A stretch of 64,000 nucleotides of DNA from Candidatus Limnocylindrales bacterium (GTDB lineage: Bacteria > Chloroflexota > Limnocylindria > Limnocylindrales > CSP1-4), in assembly GCA_038915165.1 (NCBI GenBank), contig JBCLDE010000002.1:7154-71153 (forward strand). The letters run 5' to 3'. Below, piece by piece: positions 19,313 through 29,141 of this stretch. The position numbers and the translations under genes were made by a program. Numbering within the stretch: the stretch's first letter is position 1; every line of letters starts with the position of its first letter. Below the pieces are notes generated by a model that made no database searches, was not told where the DNA came from, and was given only the letters and a program-made list of their open reading frames with translations.

Positions 19313-20116
19313 TCAGCGGCCGAAGCGACGGTGCCGGCCGGTGAACTCGCGTAGCGCGTTGTCGAACGCGTCGGGCCCGAAGTCCGGCCAAAGCGCCTCG
19401 CACGAGTAGAACTCCGCATAGGCGGACTGCCAGATGAGGAAGTTGGAGAGGCGCTGCTCCCCGCCGGTCCGGATGACGAGGTCGGGATCTGGGATTCCCG
19501 TCGTGTAGAGGGCAGCGCTGATAGCCCCCTCGTCGATCTGGTCGGCCGGGATGCCGCTTGCGGCCAGGCGACGGAAGGCGTCGACCAGCTCCGTTCTACC
19601 GGCGTAATTGAAGGCGATGTTCAGCAACAGTCGGTCGCCACCGGCGGTCGCCTCGACCGCCTCACCGATGGACGTACGGGTGGCCGCAGGCAGTTCGTCG
19701 AGGCGACCGATGAGTCGCACGCGGACGCCCTGGGCACGCAGCTCGTCCGTCTCACTGCGGATGGCGGCTTCCAGCAGCCCGAATAGCCCGGTCACCTCCT
19801 CGTCGGAGCGGGCCCAGTTCTCCCGGCTGAACGCATACAGCGTCATGACCGGGATGCCACGCCGAACGGCGTGTCGGAGGAGTTCGCGGATCGCCTCGAC
19901 CCCGGCCGCATGGCCATCCAGCTCAGGCAGATCGCGCAGGCGCGCCCAGCGCCGGTTGCCGTCCATGATGATCGCCACGTGACGCGGCAGGTCATCCGGT
20001 GGGAGGACGGGGGTCTCGCCCACCGGATGACCGGGGGCGGTGGCGGCCAGGTCGGGCACCGCCTCGTGCGCCACAGGCGGCGCGTCGGTCGGGCGGGCCA
20101 GGGGTACGCGCGCCAC
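19313..20116 (-). CDS. uppS: Undecaprenyl diphosphate synthase (cis-isoprenyl transferase)
   Basis: The protein reads HVAIIMDGNRRWA...NIAFNYAGR...RTGGEQRLSNFLIWQSAYAEF. The GTG start overlaps the frr stop by 1 nt (TAGTG). The N-terminal extension is uncertain. Confidence 0.8.
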   Translation of the reverse strand: MARVPLARPTDAPPVAHEAVPDLAATAPGHPVGETPVLPPDDLPRHVAIIMDGNRRWARLRDLPELDGHAAGVEAIRELLRHAVRRGIPVMTLYAFSRENWARSDEEVTGLFGLLEAAIRSETDELRAQGVRVRLIGRLDELPAATRTSIGEAVEATAGGDRLLLNIAFNYAGRTELVDAFRRLAASGIPADQIDEGAISAALYTTGIPDPDLVIRTGGEQRLSNFLIWQSAYAEFYSCEALWPDFGPDAFDNALREFTGRHRRFGR

Positions 20117-20673
20117 TAGACCTCGAGGACCTCCTGTTCCTTGGCTGCCCCGAGGCGATCGACATCGGCGGTGTGACGGTCGGTCGTTCGCTGGAGGGTC
20201 TCGAGCTGGCGATGCGCGTCGTCGGTCCCGACGGCACCGTCGCGCTCCTCTTTCTTGAGGAGATCCGCGGCATCGCGACGCAGGTTGCGGATTCCCACCT
20301 TGGCCTCTTCCATCCGCTTGTGGACGACTCGGACCAGGTCCTTGCGACGCTCCTCCGTCAGGGGCGGGATATTGAGCCGGACGACGGTCCCGTCCACGGT
20401 CGGCATCAGTCCGATGTCGCTCTTGGTGATGGCCTTCTCGATCGCGCCGAGCACGCCCCGGTCCCACGGCTGGATGACGATCTGATGAGGCTCAGGCACG
20501 CTGATCCCGGCCAGCTGGTTGAGTGGTGTCGACGTGCCGTAGTACTCCACGTGGATGCGCTCCACCAGGGCGGTCGATGCCCGGCCCGTGCGGATGCCCT
20601 GGAAGTCGCGTTCCATCGCCTCTACGGCGCGCGCCATCTTGTGGTCCGAATCGGCGATGACGTCGTTGCTCAT
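20116..20673 (-). CDS. frr: Ribosome recycling factor
   Basis: The protein reads [46 protein letters not shown]... Confidence 0.9.
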   Translation of the reverse strand: MSNDVIADSDHKMARAVEAMERDFQGIRTGRASTALVERIHVEYYGTSTPLNQLAGISVPEPHQIVIQPWDRGVLGAIEKAITKSDIGLMPTVDGTVVRLNIPPLTEERRKDLVRVVHKRMEEAKVGIRNLRRDAADLLKKEERDGAVGTDDAHRQLETLQRTTDRHTADVDRLGAAKEQEVLEV

Positions 20674-21449
20674 GTTGGCGCACCTCCGGCGGCGCTCGGA
20701 GCACCCGAGATGTGGGTCCCGACCGGCTCCCCGGTGGCGACCCGCGTGATGTTGTCAGGCTGGTTGAGATCGAACACGATGATCGGGAGGTCATTCTCCA
20801 TGCACAGGCTCACCGCCGTGGCATCGAGCACCTTCAGTTGGTCACGCAGCAGGTCCGAATACTGCAGGTGAGCGTAACGCCGCGCACCCTCATGTGTCAT
20901 CGGATCCTTGTCGTACACACCGTCGACCTTGGTGGCCTTGAGCAGGACCTCGGCGTTGATCTCGATCGCGCGGAGGGCGGCGGCCGTATCGGTCGTGAAG
21001 TAGGGATTGCCGGTGCCGGCCACGAACAAGGTGAGCCGTCCCTTCTCGAGGTGGCGGATAGCTCGTCGTCGGATGTACGGCTCCGCGACTTCGTTCATGG
21101 CGATCGCGGTCATGACCCGGGTCGGTACGCCGGCCCGTTCGAGGGCGTCCTGCAGGGCCAGACCGTTCATGACCGTCGCCAGCATCCCGATGTAATCGCC
21201 CGTCGCGCGATCCATGCCGCGGGCAGAGGCTGCCAGGCCGCGGAAGATGTTGCCGCCACCAACGACGATCCCGATCTGGACGCCAAGTCCGTGGATCTCC
21301 GCCACCTGCCGAGCGATGAATGTACAGACGGCCGGGTCCACGCCGTACTGGCGGTCGCCGAGCAGCGCCTCACCAGACAGTTTGAGCAAGATCCGCCGGT
21401 AGCGCAGCGGCCGGGTTACGGTATCCGTGGCGTCCCCGGAGTCCGTCAC
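20670..21449 (-). CDS. pyrH: UMP kinase
   Basis: The protein reads [12 protein letters not shown]...[16 protein letters not shown]. Confidence 0.9.
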   Translation of the reverse strand: MTDSGDATDTVTRPLRYRRILLKLSGEALLGDRQYGVDPAVCTFIARQVAEIHGLGVQIGIVVGGGNIFRGLAASARGMDRATGDYIGMLATVMNGLALQDALERAGVPTRVMTAIAMNEVAEPYIRRRAIRHLEKGRLTLFVAGTGNPYFTTDTAAALRAIEINAEVLLKATKVDGVYDKDPMTHEGARRYAHLQYSDLLRDQLKVLDATAVSLCMENDLPIIVFDLNQPDNITRVATGEPVGTHISGAPSAAGGAPT

Positions 21450-22045
21450 AGCTCCTCCCCGAGCGCGTAGCGGGTGAATCGCCGGACGCGGATGTTCTCG
21501 CCGATCGTTGCGATCCGCTCGTTCACCAGCTCGCGGACCGTCCGATCCTCGTCCCGAAAGGGCTGCTCATACAGGACGACCTGCGAGTACCACTTCTTGA
21601 GCTGGCCCTCGACGATCTGCGGCCGGATGTTCTCCGGCTTCTTCTGGATCGACTCATCGGCCAGGAGCTCAGCCTGCTTCGCGGCGAGGACCTCGGCCGG
21701 GATCCGATCGATGTTGACGTACTGCGGCGCGAGCCCCGCGACCTGGACGGCGAGATCGCGCACGAGCTTCTGGAACTCATCGGTCCGGGCCACAAAGTCC
21801 GTCTCGCAATTGACCTCGATGAGCACGCCCACCCGGCCACCCGTGTGGATATAGCTGGAGACGAGGCCCTCGCGGGCATCCCGACCTGCCTTTTTCGCAG
21901 CAGCCGCGAGGCCCTTCTCGCGGAGCACGATGGTCGCCTTGTCGAGGTCCCCGTCGGACTCCATGAGCGCCCGCTTGCAATCCATGAATCCGGCGCCTGT
22001 CCGTTCGCGCAGCTCCTTGACGAGCTCCGCCGAGATATCCGCCAT
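21446..22045 (-). CDS. tsf: Elongation factor Ts
   Basis: The protein reads [27 protein letters not shown]...[12 protein letters not shown]. Start chosen at the internal ATG (MADIS); the ORF-track start is 22081. Confidence 0.85.
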   Translation of the reverse strand: MADISAELVKELRERTGAGFMDCKRALMESDGDLDKATIVLREKGLAAAAKKAGRDAREGLVSSYIHTGGRVGVLIEVNCETDFVARTDEFQKLVRDLAVQVAGLAPQYVNIDRIPAEVLAAKQAELLADESIQKKPENIRPQIVEGQLKKWYSQVVLYEQPFRDEDRTVRELVNERIATIGENIRVRRFTRYALGEEL

Positions 22046-22134
22046 ACCTGTTCGTTCTCCTGTCTGGCGGCGAGCCGGCATGGTCCGCCGCTGTCATATA
22101 TCGCTGGTTCGGTGCACCGGCTGGCCGGCCCGGA

Positions 22135-23106
22135 TCAGCCGGCTTTGCCGGTCTCGTCGGACTTCTCGGCCGCTTCCCGGGCGAGTTCGGCGGCGATCTC
22201 CTCGGGGGTCGCTTCGGGCGGCGCCTCGGTCAGTGCGGCCTGGGCACGGGCGATGCGGTCGCCGGGGAGCAGGTCGTCGTCATCGACGTCGGGCTCGAAG
22301 GAGAGGGCGGCCCCACCGGCCAGGGCCGCAACGAGTTCGTCGGTCGCGCCCGGCACTTCATCCTCCGCCTCAGGCATGGCCATCGCCTCGGCCTGCTCGG
22401 GCTCCGTGGCGCTCCGGGACGAGCGCTCGCGGGCACCTTCGATGGCGGCATCGGCCACCAGGCTGCAGAGCAGCCGGATGGCGCGGATCGCGTCGTCGTT
22501 GGCCGGGATGATGTAGTCGAGCTCGTCGGGGTCGACATTGGTGTCGCCGGTCCCGACGACGGGGATCTCGAGCTTGTTGGCCTCGGTCACGCCGATCCGC
22601 TCGCGGTGCGGGTCGACGATGAAGATCGCACCGGGTAGGCGCTTCATCTTGCGCATGCCGCCGAGGGTGCCCTGAAGCTTGTTCATCGCCTCGGTCAGCT
22701 TGGCCGCTTCCTTCTTGGTCATCCGCTCGAAGTCGCCGTTCTGCTGCCGGGCCTCGAGCTGCTCGAGCAGGCTGATGCGCTTCTTGATCGTGGTGAAGTT
22801 CGTCAGCATGCCACCGAGCCAGCGCTTGTTGACGTACGGCTGGCCGGCGCGGATCGCCTCCTCGGCGACCGGCTCCTGGGCCTGCTTCTTGGTGCCCACG
22901 AAGAGGACCTGGTCGCCCCGAGCAACGGTCTCGCGCACGAACTGAAGGGCGACGTCCAGGCGCTGGACGGTCTGGGCAAGATCGATGATGTGGATGCCGT
23001 TGCGCTCCGCGAAGATGAAGGGCTTCATCTTGGGATTCCAGCGGCGCGTCTGGTGTCCGAAGTGGACGCCTGCCTCAAGCAGCTGACGCATCGATACGGA
23101 TGGCAT
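22135..23106 (-). CDS. rpsB: 30S ribosomal protein S2 with an acidic C-terminal extension
   Basis: The protein reads [32 protein letters not shown]... Start at the internal ATG at 23106. Confidence 0.9.
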   Translation of the reverse strand: MPSVSMRQLLEAGVHFGHQTRRWNPKMKPFIFAERNGIHIIDLAQTVQRLDVALQFVRETVARGDQVLFVGTKKQAQEPVAEEAIRAGQPYVNKRWLGGMLTNFTTIKKRISLLEQLEARQQNGDFERMTKKEAAKLTEAMNKLQGTLGGMRKMKRLPGAIFIVDPHRERIGVTEANKLEIPVVGTGDTNVDPDELDYIIPANDDAIRAIRLLCSLVADAAIEGARERSSRSATEPEQAEAMAMPEAEDEVPGATDELVAALAGGAALSFEPDVDDDDLLPGDRIARAQAALTEAPPEATPEEIAAELAREAAEKSDETGKAG

Positions 23107-23305
23107 CGTGAGCAACCTCCTGTACGGTTCGTACCTCCGCGGATTCTCATCGCCAGGGGCCGGTCGGCCGTCTCCGGCCGAGTCCGGCACCGTCCTGGTC
23201 GGAACGGTCCGCGTGTGGGCTCCACGCCGTGCGGCGTGGGCGTCGTCATGTCACGGCTCGGGCGAACCCGGACCGGGCGGGAGTGTAGCACGGGTCGCGT
23301 GGGTG

Positions 23306-23368
23306 GCCGGTCCCCATCGTCGCCTCGCCGGTCCCCATCGTCGCCTCGCCGGTCCCCATCGTCGCCTC
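23306..23368. repeat. Tandem repeat, 21-nt unit (gccggtccccatcgtcgcctc) x3, in the rpsB upstream spacer
   Basis: Direct reading of the sequence. Confidence 0.9.
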
Positions 23369-23438
23369 ACAGTCGACGAACCGCGCGTGGCGCGCTCCGG
23401 CGACCGATCTGCAGCGACCGCGAGCAGCATCCGTCGCG

Positions 23439-23481
23439 CGTGAGCCGACGAACCGTGCGCGTGAGCCGACGAACCGTGCGC
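23439..23481. repeat. Tandem repeat, 21-nt unit (cgtgagccgacgaaccgtgcg) x2
   Basis: Direct reading of the sequence. Confidence 0.9.
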
Positions 23482-23542
23482 GGCGCGCTCCAGAGGGCTC
23501 CGGGATCGCCGTCAGACAGCTTTCGTCGACTCACCGGCGACA

Positions 23543-23589
23543 ACCCCGCATCCAACCCGCATCCAACCCGCATCCAACCCGCAGCGAAC
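23543..23589. repeat. Tandem repeat, 11-nt unit (ccgcatccaac) x about 4, immediately 3' of yraN
   Basis: Direct reading of the sequence. Confidence 0.9.
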
Positions 23590-23595
23590 GGCGCC

Positions 23596-23997
23596 TCACA
23601 TGGCGTGCCGGTGGTGCCGCACGCGGTCGCCCGGCTCCACCACGACCAGGTCCAACCGAAGAGAGAGCCGTGGGACCGGTGATCCGTCCGGCAGCGTGCC
23701 ACGGTCCAACAGCCCGTAGGCGGCGGCGCGAACCCGTGTCCGCTTGCGGTGATCGACGGTCTCCTCGGGCAACCCGAACGCGCGGCCGGCGCGCCAGCGG
23801 ACCTCGACGACCACCAGTGCGGCCGGAGGACCCGGGTCGATCGCCACGATGTCGAGCTCGTGCCGACCGACGTGGACATTCCTGGCCAGGACGGTCCAGC
23901 CTGCATCAACGAGGCGCTTGGCGACCAGCGTCTCGGCGGCATCACCCGCCTGCTGGGCTGCCGTTCGCGGTACGTCGCCGGGTACTGGATGCGCCAT
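23596..23997 (-). CDS. yraN: YraN/UPF0102 family endonuclease
   Basis: The protein reads GDAAETLVAKRLVDAGWTVLARNVHVGRHELDIVAID...VVVEVRWR. It sits in the conserved position next to rnhB. Confidence 0.75.
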   Translation of the reverse strand: MAHPVPGDVPRTAAQQAGDAAETLVAKRLVDAGWTVLARNVHVGRHELDIVAIDPGPPAALVVVEVRWRAGRAFGLPEETVDHRKRTRVRAAAYGLLDRGTLPDGSPVPRLSLRLDLVVVEPGDRVRHHRHAM

Positions 23998-24039
23998 CTC
24001 ACGATGGTCTCAGGGAGCGCTCATCTGCCACGTATCAGG

Positions 24040-24792
24040 TCAGGACCCGACCTGGGCGACGACCTCCAACGAGGCGGGATCCATGGCATCCACGAGTTCC
24101 CGGGCCAGCCACTCGTCCGTGTCATCGGAGACCGGGTCGGCACGCAGGTCCAGTTCGAGCTGGTCGCCTGCAAGCGTCCGCTGAAGGGCGAGGAACGAAC
24201 GCCGATGGAAGGGCGTCAACCCCAGCTCCCGGATCGCCATCCGGTGCTCGAGCGTCGCGTAGCCCTGGTTGCGCTCCCAGCCATAGCCGGGATAGCGAGC
24301 GGCCAGGAGGGTCATCATCCGGTCCCGCACGACCTTGGCGACGACGGATGCACAGGCGATCGAATAGATCTTGGCGTCGCCGGCGACGATGCTCGAATAG
24401 GGCCCCACCTGCGCCTCGAAGCCTGCGATCCGATTGCCATCGACCAGGACGTGATCGTGGCCGCCGACCCGCGCGATCGCCCGGCGCATGGCCAGGTGGG
24501 TGGCGTGGTAGATATTGAGCTGGTCGATCTCGCGCACGGACGCAGCGCCCACCCCGACCGCCAAAGCCCGCGACCGGATGACCGGCGCGAGGCGCTCGCG
24601 CTGGCCTGCCGAAAGCGTCTTGGAGTCGCGGACGCCGGGGATCCTGTGGCAGCCCGGCCGCATGATGACGGCCGCGGCGACGACCGCACCGCATGTCGGG
24701 GCGACACCGACTTCGTCCACCCCGACGACCCGGACGAAGCCGTCATTCCAGAGTCGGCGCTCGTAGCCAAGGGTCGGGACGGTGGGGGCCAT
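24040..24792 (-). CDS. rnhB: Ribonuclease HII
   Basis: The protein reads VVGVDEVGVAPTCGAVVAAAVI...DSKTLS...VDGN. Start at the internal ATG at 24792 (MAPTVPTLGYERRLW). Confidence 0.85.
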   Translation of the reverse strand: MAPTVPTLGYERRLWNDGFVRVVGVDEVGVAPTCGAVVAAAVIMRPGCHRIPGVRDSKTLSAGQRERLAPVIRSRALAVGVGAASVREIDQLNIYHATHLAMRRAIARVGGHDHVLVDGNRIAGFEAQVGPYSSIVAGDAKIYSIACASVVAKVVRDRMMTLLAARYPGYGWERNQGYATLEHRMAIRELGLTPFHRRSFLALQRTLAGDQLELDLRADPVSDDTDEWLARELVDAMDPASLEVVAQVGS

Positions 24793-24883
24793 CGGGCGAT
24801 AGCCTACCGGAATCGAACGACCCCACCGGATGGGTGAGGTCGAGCAGGAGTGACAGGTGTCGGCCGACGGCGAGCCAGCTGAG

Positions 24884-25234
24884 TCAGGCCTTGGTGCGTC
24901 GCTCGCGCAGGGTCGCGGCCTTGCCGACCCGATCGCGCAGGAAGTAGAGCTGGGCGCGCCGGGCCACGCCGTGACGCACGACCTCGATCTTCTCGATGCG
25001 CGGGCTGTTGATCTTGAACGTCCGCTCGACACCGACGCCGGAGGCGATGCGGCGGACGGTGATGGACCGCGTGATCCCGCCGCCGCGCAGGCGCATAACC
25101 GTCCCTTCGAAGACCTGGATGCGCTCGCGGGTTCCCTCGACGACCTTGGCCGACACCTTCACGGTGTCACCGGAGGCGAGTTCCGGGAGGTCGGTACGGA
25201 GCTGATCCTTGACGATCTCGTCGAGCACGGTCAC
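24884..25234 (-). CDS. rplS: 50S ribosomal protein L19
   Basis: The protein reads [57 protein letters not shown]. Confidence 0.9.
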   Translation of the reverse strand: MTVLDEIVKDQLRTDLPELASGDTVKVSAKVVEGTRERIQVFEGTVMRLRGGGITRSITVRRIASGVGVERTFKINSPRIEKIEVVRHGVARRAQLYFLRDRVGKAATLRERRTKA

Positions 25235-25360
25235 GCGGCGGTTCCTGACTCAGCTGGGCAGCCATGGCTGCGAGGATGGCATCGGAAATCGGGCGCGATC
25301 CAGCGTCCGGCGGCGGATTATAGCACGGGACCACCCTCCGTCCGTCGAGCTCGTCATCGA

Positions 25361-26062
25361 TCAGTCGAGCGCGGCCGGACCCCCGCCACCTGCTTCGCCC
25401 AGCAGATCGGGTCGTCGCTCCCTCGTCCGGCGCACCGATTGCTCGTGGCGCCAGCGAGCCACCGCGCCGTGATCGCCCGACGCGAGGATCGCCGGGACGT
25501 CCATCCCTCGATAGGTCGCGGGTCGCGTGTACTGGGGATACTCGAGGAGGCCGGCCGCGAACGATTCCTCGGCCGTGGAGGCCGCCTCGATGGCGCCCGG
25601 CAGCAGTCGGATGACCGAATCGATGACGACAAGGGCTGGCAGCTCGCCGCCGGTCAGTACGTAGTCCCCGATCGACAGCTCGAGGTCCACCAGCGAACGG
25701 ATTCGCTCATCGATGCCCTCGTAGCGTGGACAGACGAAAATGAGATGCGATCGCTTGCTGAGGTCGGCGGCTCGCGCCTGGCGGAAGACCTCGCCGACCG
25801 GATCCATGAGGATGACCAGCGACTCCGGCCGGCGGAGCGCATCGAGAGCGTTGGCGACGGGTTCCGGGCGCAGGATCATGCCGGCTCCCCCGCCGTACGG
25901 GGCATCGTCCACTGAGCGGTGCCGGCCGATGCCCCACTCCCGCAGGTCGCGGGTCCGGATGGTCGCGAGGCCCTGCTCCTGGATCCGGCCCGGGATACTC
26001 TCCCTGAGCGGTCCCTCGATCATGGCCGGGAACAGGGTCAGGACATCGATCTCCATGGTCAT
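25361..26062 (-). CDS. trmD: tRNA (guanine37-N1)-methyltransferase
   Basis: The protein reads MEIDVLTLFPAM...YGGGAGMILRPEPV...ICPRYEGIDERI...LSIGDYVLTGGELPA. Confidence 0.9.
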   Translation of the reverse strand: MTMEIDVLTLFPAMIEGPLRESIPGRIQEQGLATIRTRDLREWGIGRHRSVDDAPYGGGAGMILRPEPVANALDALRRPESLVILMDPVGEVFRQARAADLSKRSHLIFVCPRYEGIDERIRSLVDLELSIGDYVLTGGELPALVVIDSVIRLLPGAIEAASTAEESFAAGLLEYPQYTRPATYRGMDVPAILASGDHGAVARWRHEQSVRRTRERRPDLLGEAGGGGPAALD

Positions 26063-26739
26063 GGTGCGCTCGCGGGCGGGTCGCCGGCGGCTGTGGGCGG
26101 CGATCCAGCCGTACGCTCATCGTCGGCCCCGGCCGGCGCCTCCGCGGTCGGGGCCGGGGTCGGGGTTAGCCTGGCCGCCTTGCTGCGCGTCCTTCGTCGG
26201 GGTGCCTTGGGGCGGTCCGGGTCCGGTTCGCGCGAGCGGACGGGCCGGAGGTCCAGCGACTCGGCGTCGACGACGATCTCGCCCCGCCGTGGGGCGAAGA
26301 TCCGGATGAACGCCCGGGCGGCTGGCACGTCGAAGCTGCCGAACGTCTCGCCGGCCACCACGAAGACCTCGGTCTCGCCGATCCGGTAGATGTCACGGAC
26401 CGTCCCGAGCTCCGCTCCGTCAATGCCGCGGACGGCGGTACCGATGACCTCGTGCCAGTAGTAGGCGCCGCGCGCGAGGTCCTCGTCGGCACTGACGACG
26501 GTTTCGAGGTAGGTGCCGCGCAGGGTGTCGGCGGCATCGCGCGTCGCGATCTCGTGGAATCGCAAACGCCAGCCCGGGCCGTCGGCGACGGCCTCCGCCG
26601 ACGCGATGGTCAACGGCCGGTCGTCGCCTTCACGGTGAAGGACGGCGCCAACCACGAATCGGTCGTCCGGTCGATCCGTCAGGACCTCCGCACGGACCGC
26701 CCCGTTGAGCCCGTGGACGCCCCGGACAAGGGCGACCAC
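26059..26739 (-). CDS. rimM: Ribosome maturation factor RimM with a Pro/Ala-rich C-terminal tail
   Basis: It has an N-terminal RimM barrel and a PRC-barrel C-region. Its position upstream of trmD is conserved. Confidence 0.8.
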   Translation of the reverse strand: MVALVRGVHGLNGAVRAEVLTDRPDDRFVVGAVLHREGDDRPLTIASAEAVADGPGWRLRFHEIATRDAADTLRGTYLETVVSADEDLARGAYYWHEVIGTAVRGIDGAELGTVRDIYRIGETEVFVVAGETFGSFDVPAARAFIRIFAPRRGEIVVDAESLDLRPVRSREPDPDRPKAPRRRTRSKAARLTPTPAPTAEAPAGADDERTAGSPPTAAGDPPASAP

Positions 26740-26756
26740 GAGCCGCTCCTCGATGC

Positions 26757-26990
26757 TCAGAGGATCTCGAGCTGGACCGGCGCGCCATCGCGGGCGGCGG
26801 TCACCTTGAGCAGGGTGCGCAGCGCCTTGGCGACGCTACCGTTGCGCCCGATGACCTTGCCCATGTCCTCCTCGGCGACGTGGAGCTCGATCACGGTCGC
26901 ACCATCCCCCTCCACGACGTCGACCGTGACGGCATCGGGATCATCCACCAGCGACTTCGCGACGTACTCGACCAGGTCCTTGGCTGACAT
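26757..26990 (-). CDS. KH-domain RNA-binding protein (YlqC/UPF0109 family)
   Basis: The protein reads ...VTVDVVEGDGATVIELHVAEEDMGKVIGRNGSVAKALRTLL. It sits between rpsP and rimM. Confidence 0.85.
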   Translation of the reverse strand: MSAKDLVEYVAKSLVDDPDAVTVDVVEGDGATVIELHVAEEDMGKVIGRNGSVAKALRTLLKVTAARDGAPVQLEIL

Positions 26991-27001
26991 CGTCGCGGCT
27001 C

Positions 27002-27256
27002 CTACTTGGCGACGGGCATGATGCCCGCCTGACGGAAGAGTCGGAGGACGGTGTCCGACGGCTGGGCGCCCTTGGCCAACCAGGCCTTCGCCTTGTCCGC
27101 GTCGACTTCGAAGGTCACCGGGTCCGTGCGGGGGTTGTAATGGCCGAGCGTTTCAATGGCGCGGCCGTCGCGGGCACTGCGACCGTCGGCGACGACGACA
27201 CGATAGGACGGTTGCTTGTGTGCGCCGATGCGCGTCAGCCTGATGCGGACTGCCAT
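27002..27256 (-). CDS. rpsP: 30S ribosomal protein S16
   Basis: The protein reads [42 protein letters not shown]. Confidence 0.9.
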   Translation of the reverse strand: MAVRIRLTRIGAHKQPSYRVVVADGRSARDGRAIETLGHYNPRTDPVTFEVDADKAKAWLAKGAQPSDTVLRLFRQAGIMPVAK

Positions 27257-27301
27257 GGGTTGTGGTGCTCCTCCTGTGTGGCCGGGACTGGACGCCCGGC
27301 C

Positions 27302-29125
27302 CTACTTGACGGTGATGAGGATGGTCGAACTGGTCAGGTCGCCACCGACCGAACTCGACGCGTACAGCGCGTCGAACGGTGCGAGGTACGGCTTGACGTC
27401 CTTCTCGTACGCCGCGAGCGCTGCCGGGCCGGCCCCGACGACGGCCTTCTCGATCAGGCCGCGGATCGCCGCGATGTCCACGAACGAGCTGACGCTCCCC
27501 GTGCCCGCCCGACCGGCGAGCGCCTTGTACCGGTCGTTCGAGGCCAGCGATGTGGCGCTGGTCGTGTCCAGCACGTGCCTGACGAACGCCGGCCCGGATC
27601 CGATGACGACGACCTTGTCCGTCACGGCGAATGCGATCTCCACGCGCCCGGTCGGGAGCGGGATGGCCGCGGCACCGGACCCCAGGCCGGCCATGCCGGC
27701 CAGCCCGGCTGCGTCGCCGAGGTCGACGATCGTGATGGTGGTGCCTGCATACGGCTCGTCACGGATCGTGACCCCGGCCTGTCCGCCGCCAAGGCCGATC
27801 AACGTGCGCAGGCTCGTGAACAGGCGTGTGGCAGCGTCCTTGTCGGTGGGCACGATGATGAGCCCGCCCTCCGGCGTCCCATCGGCGACGTTGATGACGA
27901 CCGCGGTATCGCCGATCCAGCCGATCGCCGCATCCGTCCCGCCGACGACGCCGGTCGCTTGTTCGAAGCGGTCGATCATCGGCTTGAGCGACGGGTCCGA
28001 CTTGAACAGGTCCAGCGTCTGGCCCAGGGTCTTGCCGGTGTCATGGGCCACGGCCGCCACGACGGCGCCGGCTGGGATGTGGTCGACCACGGGAGACGTC
28101 CGATCCTCCGTAGGGCCGATGGCCTTCGCGGGCTTGGGCGCCGTGGCCTGAAGGACGACCGCGTCGCCCTCGATCCGCAGCGAGAAGGCGCCCCAGTCGG
28201 GCAGGAACGAGACCATCGCAGCATTGATGGGGCTGCTGACGCCGCCCGGTACCGACTTGGCGACTTCCTGGGACCAGGCGACCAACGGCTTGATGGCGAG
28301 GTAGGCAAAGCCGATGTGGTCGCCGTCCGCGGAGGTCAGTGCCGCCTTCGGGTCGGCTTCCGCGGCAAACCCGCTTGAGCCCTTCGAGTCGATCGCCTCC
28401 TTGACGGAGGCGACGTCTCCGGCGACAGCCACCTTGCCGTCGATCACGGCGAAGGCGGCCTGTGGGCTGGTGCCCGCTCCGAACAGGGTGAGCGTGGCAC
28501 CGTTGTACGTCTCGGTGGTGGTCTTGGCCTGCGCCTTGCTGAACGCCTTGTCGAACCAGGCCTGTGCGCCCGCCTGGTCCTTGACCGACAGCAGGGCCAG
28601 GAACCGGACGCTGCCCAGCGAGGTCACCGGGTCTGCGCTCAGGCTCGTGGGATCCGGCAGGGGTCCGACGCTGAATGCCAGTTCACCGTCGAACCACGGC
28701 TTGATGTCGGCCGTGTAGGTCTGGTCGTCGTGCGTGGCGTCTTTGATGAGCCGGTCCAGGACTTCGTCGAGCTTGGTGTCCAGAGCCGCCTGATCGGCGA
28801 AGCCCGGGAACTTCGAGAGGAACGCACCGACCGAGCGTCGCTGGTCGCCTGGCAGGTCCAGACGGACCTCTGTGTAGATGATGGTCTTGTCCGGCACATA
28901 GCCCAGGACGGTCGCGGCGGGCGAGCGGCCGGTGATCAGGGCGGCGACCGCGGCCGACGCCCCGATGACCACGGCGACGATCGCGAGGCCGACGACCCAG
29001 CGGGGCCGACCCGCGCGGCGCGGCGCCCGTGGTGGCAGGACCGGGTCGACCGGGGCCAACCCAACGGCCGATTCGTAGGTCGAGGCGTTCGGTGTCGTCG
29101 TGGTCGTGCGATCGAATTCGTTCAT
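27302..29125 (-). CDS. Membrane-anchored protein of unknown function (about 607 aa; N-terminal TM helix then a large extracytoplasmic domain; DUF3352-like)
   Basis: Start at the internal ATG at 29125 (MNEFDRTTT...). TM segment WVVGLAIVAVVIGASAAVAALI. The protein is rich in Ala/Gly/Thr. AGGAGA lies upstream of the ATG. It is inserted between ffh and rpsP. Confidence 0.6.
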   Translation of the reverse strand: MNEFDRTTTTTPNASTYESAVGLAPVDPVLPPRAPRRAGRPRWVVGLAIVAVVIGASAAVAALITGRSPAATVLGYVPDKTIIYTEVRLDLPGDQRRSVGAFLSKFPGFADQAALDTKLDEVLDRLIKDATHDDQTYTADIKPWFDGELAFSVGPLPDPTSLSADPVTSLGSVRFLALLSVKDQAGAQAWFDKAFSKAQAKTTTETYNGATLTLFGAGTSPQAAFAVIDGKVAVAGDVASVKEAIDSKGSSGFAAEADPKAALTSADGDHIGFAYLAIKPLVAWSQEVAKSVPGGVSSPINAAMVSFLPDWGAFSLRIEGDAVVLQATAPKPAKAIGPTEDRTSPVVDHIPAGAVVAAVAHDTGKTLGQTLDLFKSDPSLKPMIDRFEQATGVVGGTDAAIGWIGDTAVVINVADGTPEGGLIIVPTDKDAATRLFTSLRTLIGLGGGQAGVTIRDEPYAGTTITIVDLGDAAGLAGMAGLGSGAAAIPLPTGRVEIAFAVTDKVVVIGSGPAFVRHVLDTTSATSLASNDRYKALAGRAGTGSVSSFVDIAAIRGLIEKAVVGAGPAALAAYEKDVKPYLAPFDALYASSSVGGDLTSSTILITVK

Positions 29126-29141
29126 CGTGCTCTCCTGCCTC

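Noticed and set aside
23306-23589. CRISPR array, considered because of multiple direct repeats
   Set aside because: The repeats are contiguous tandem copies without unique spacers. Units are 11-21 nt rather than 24-48 nt, and there is no cas gene or leader.
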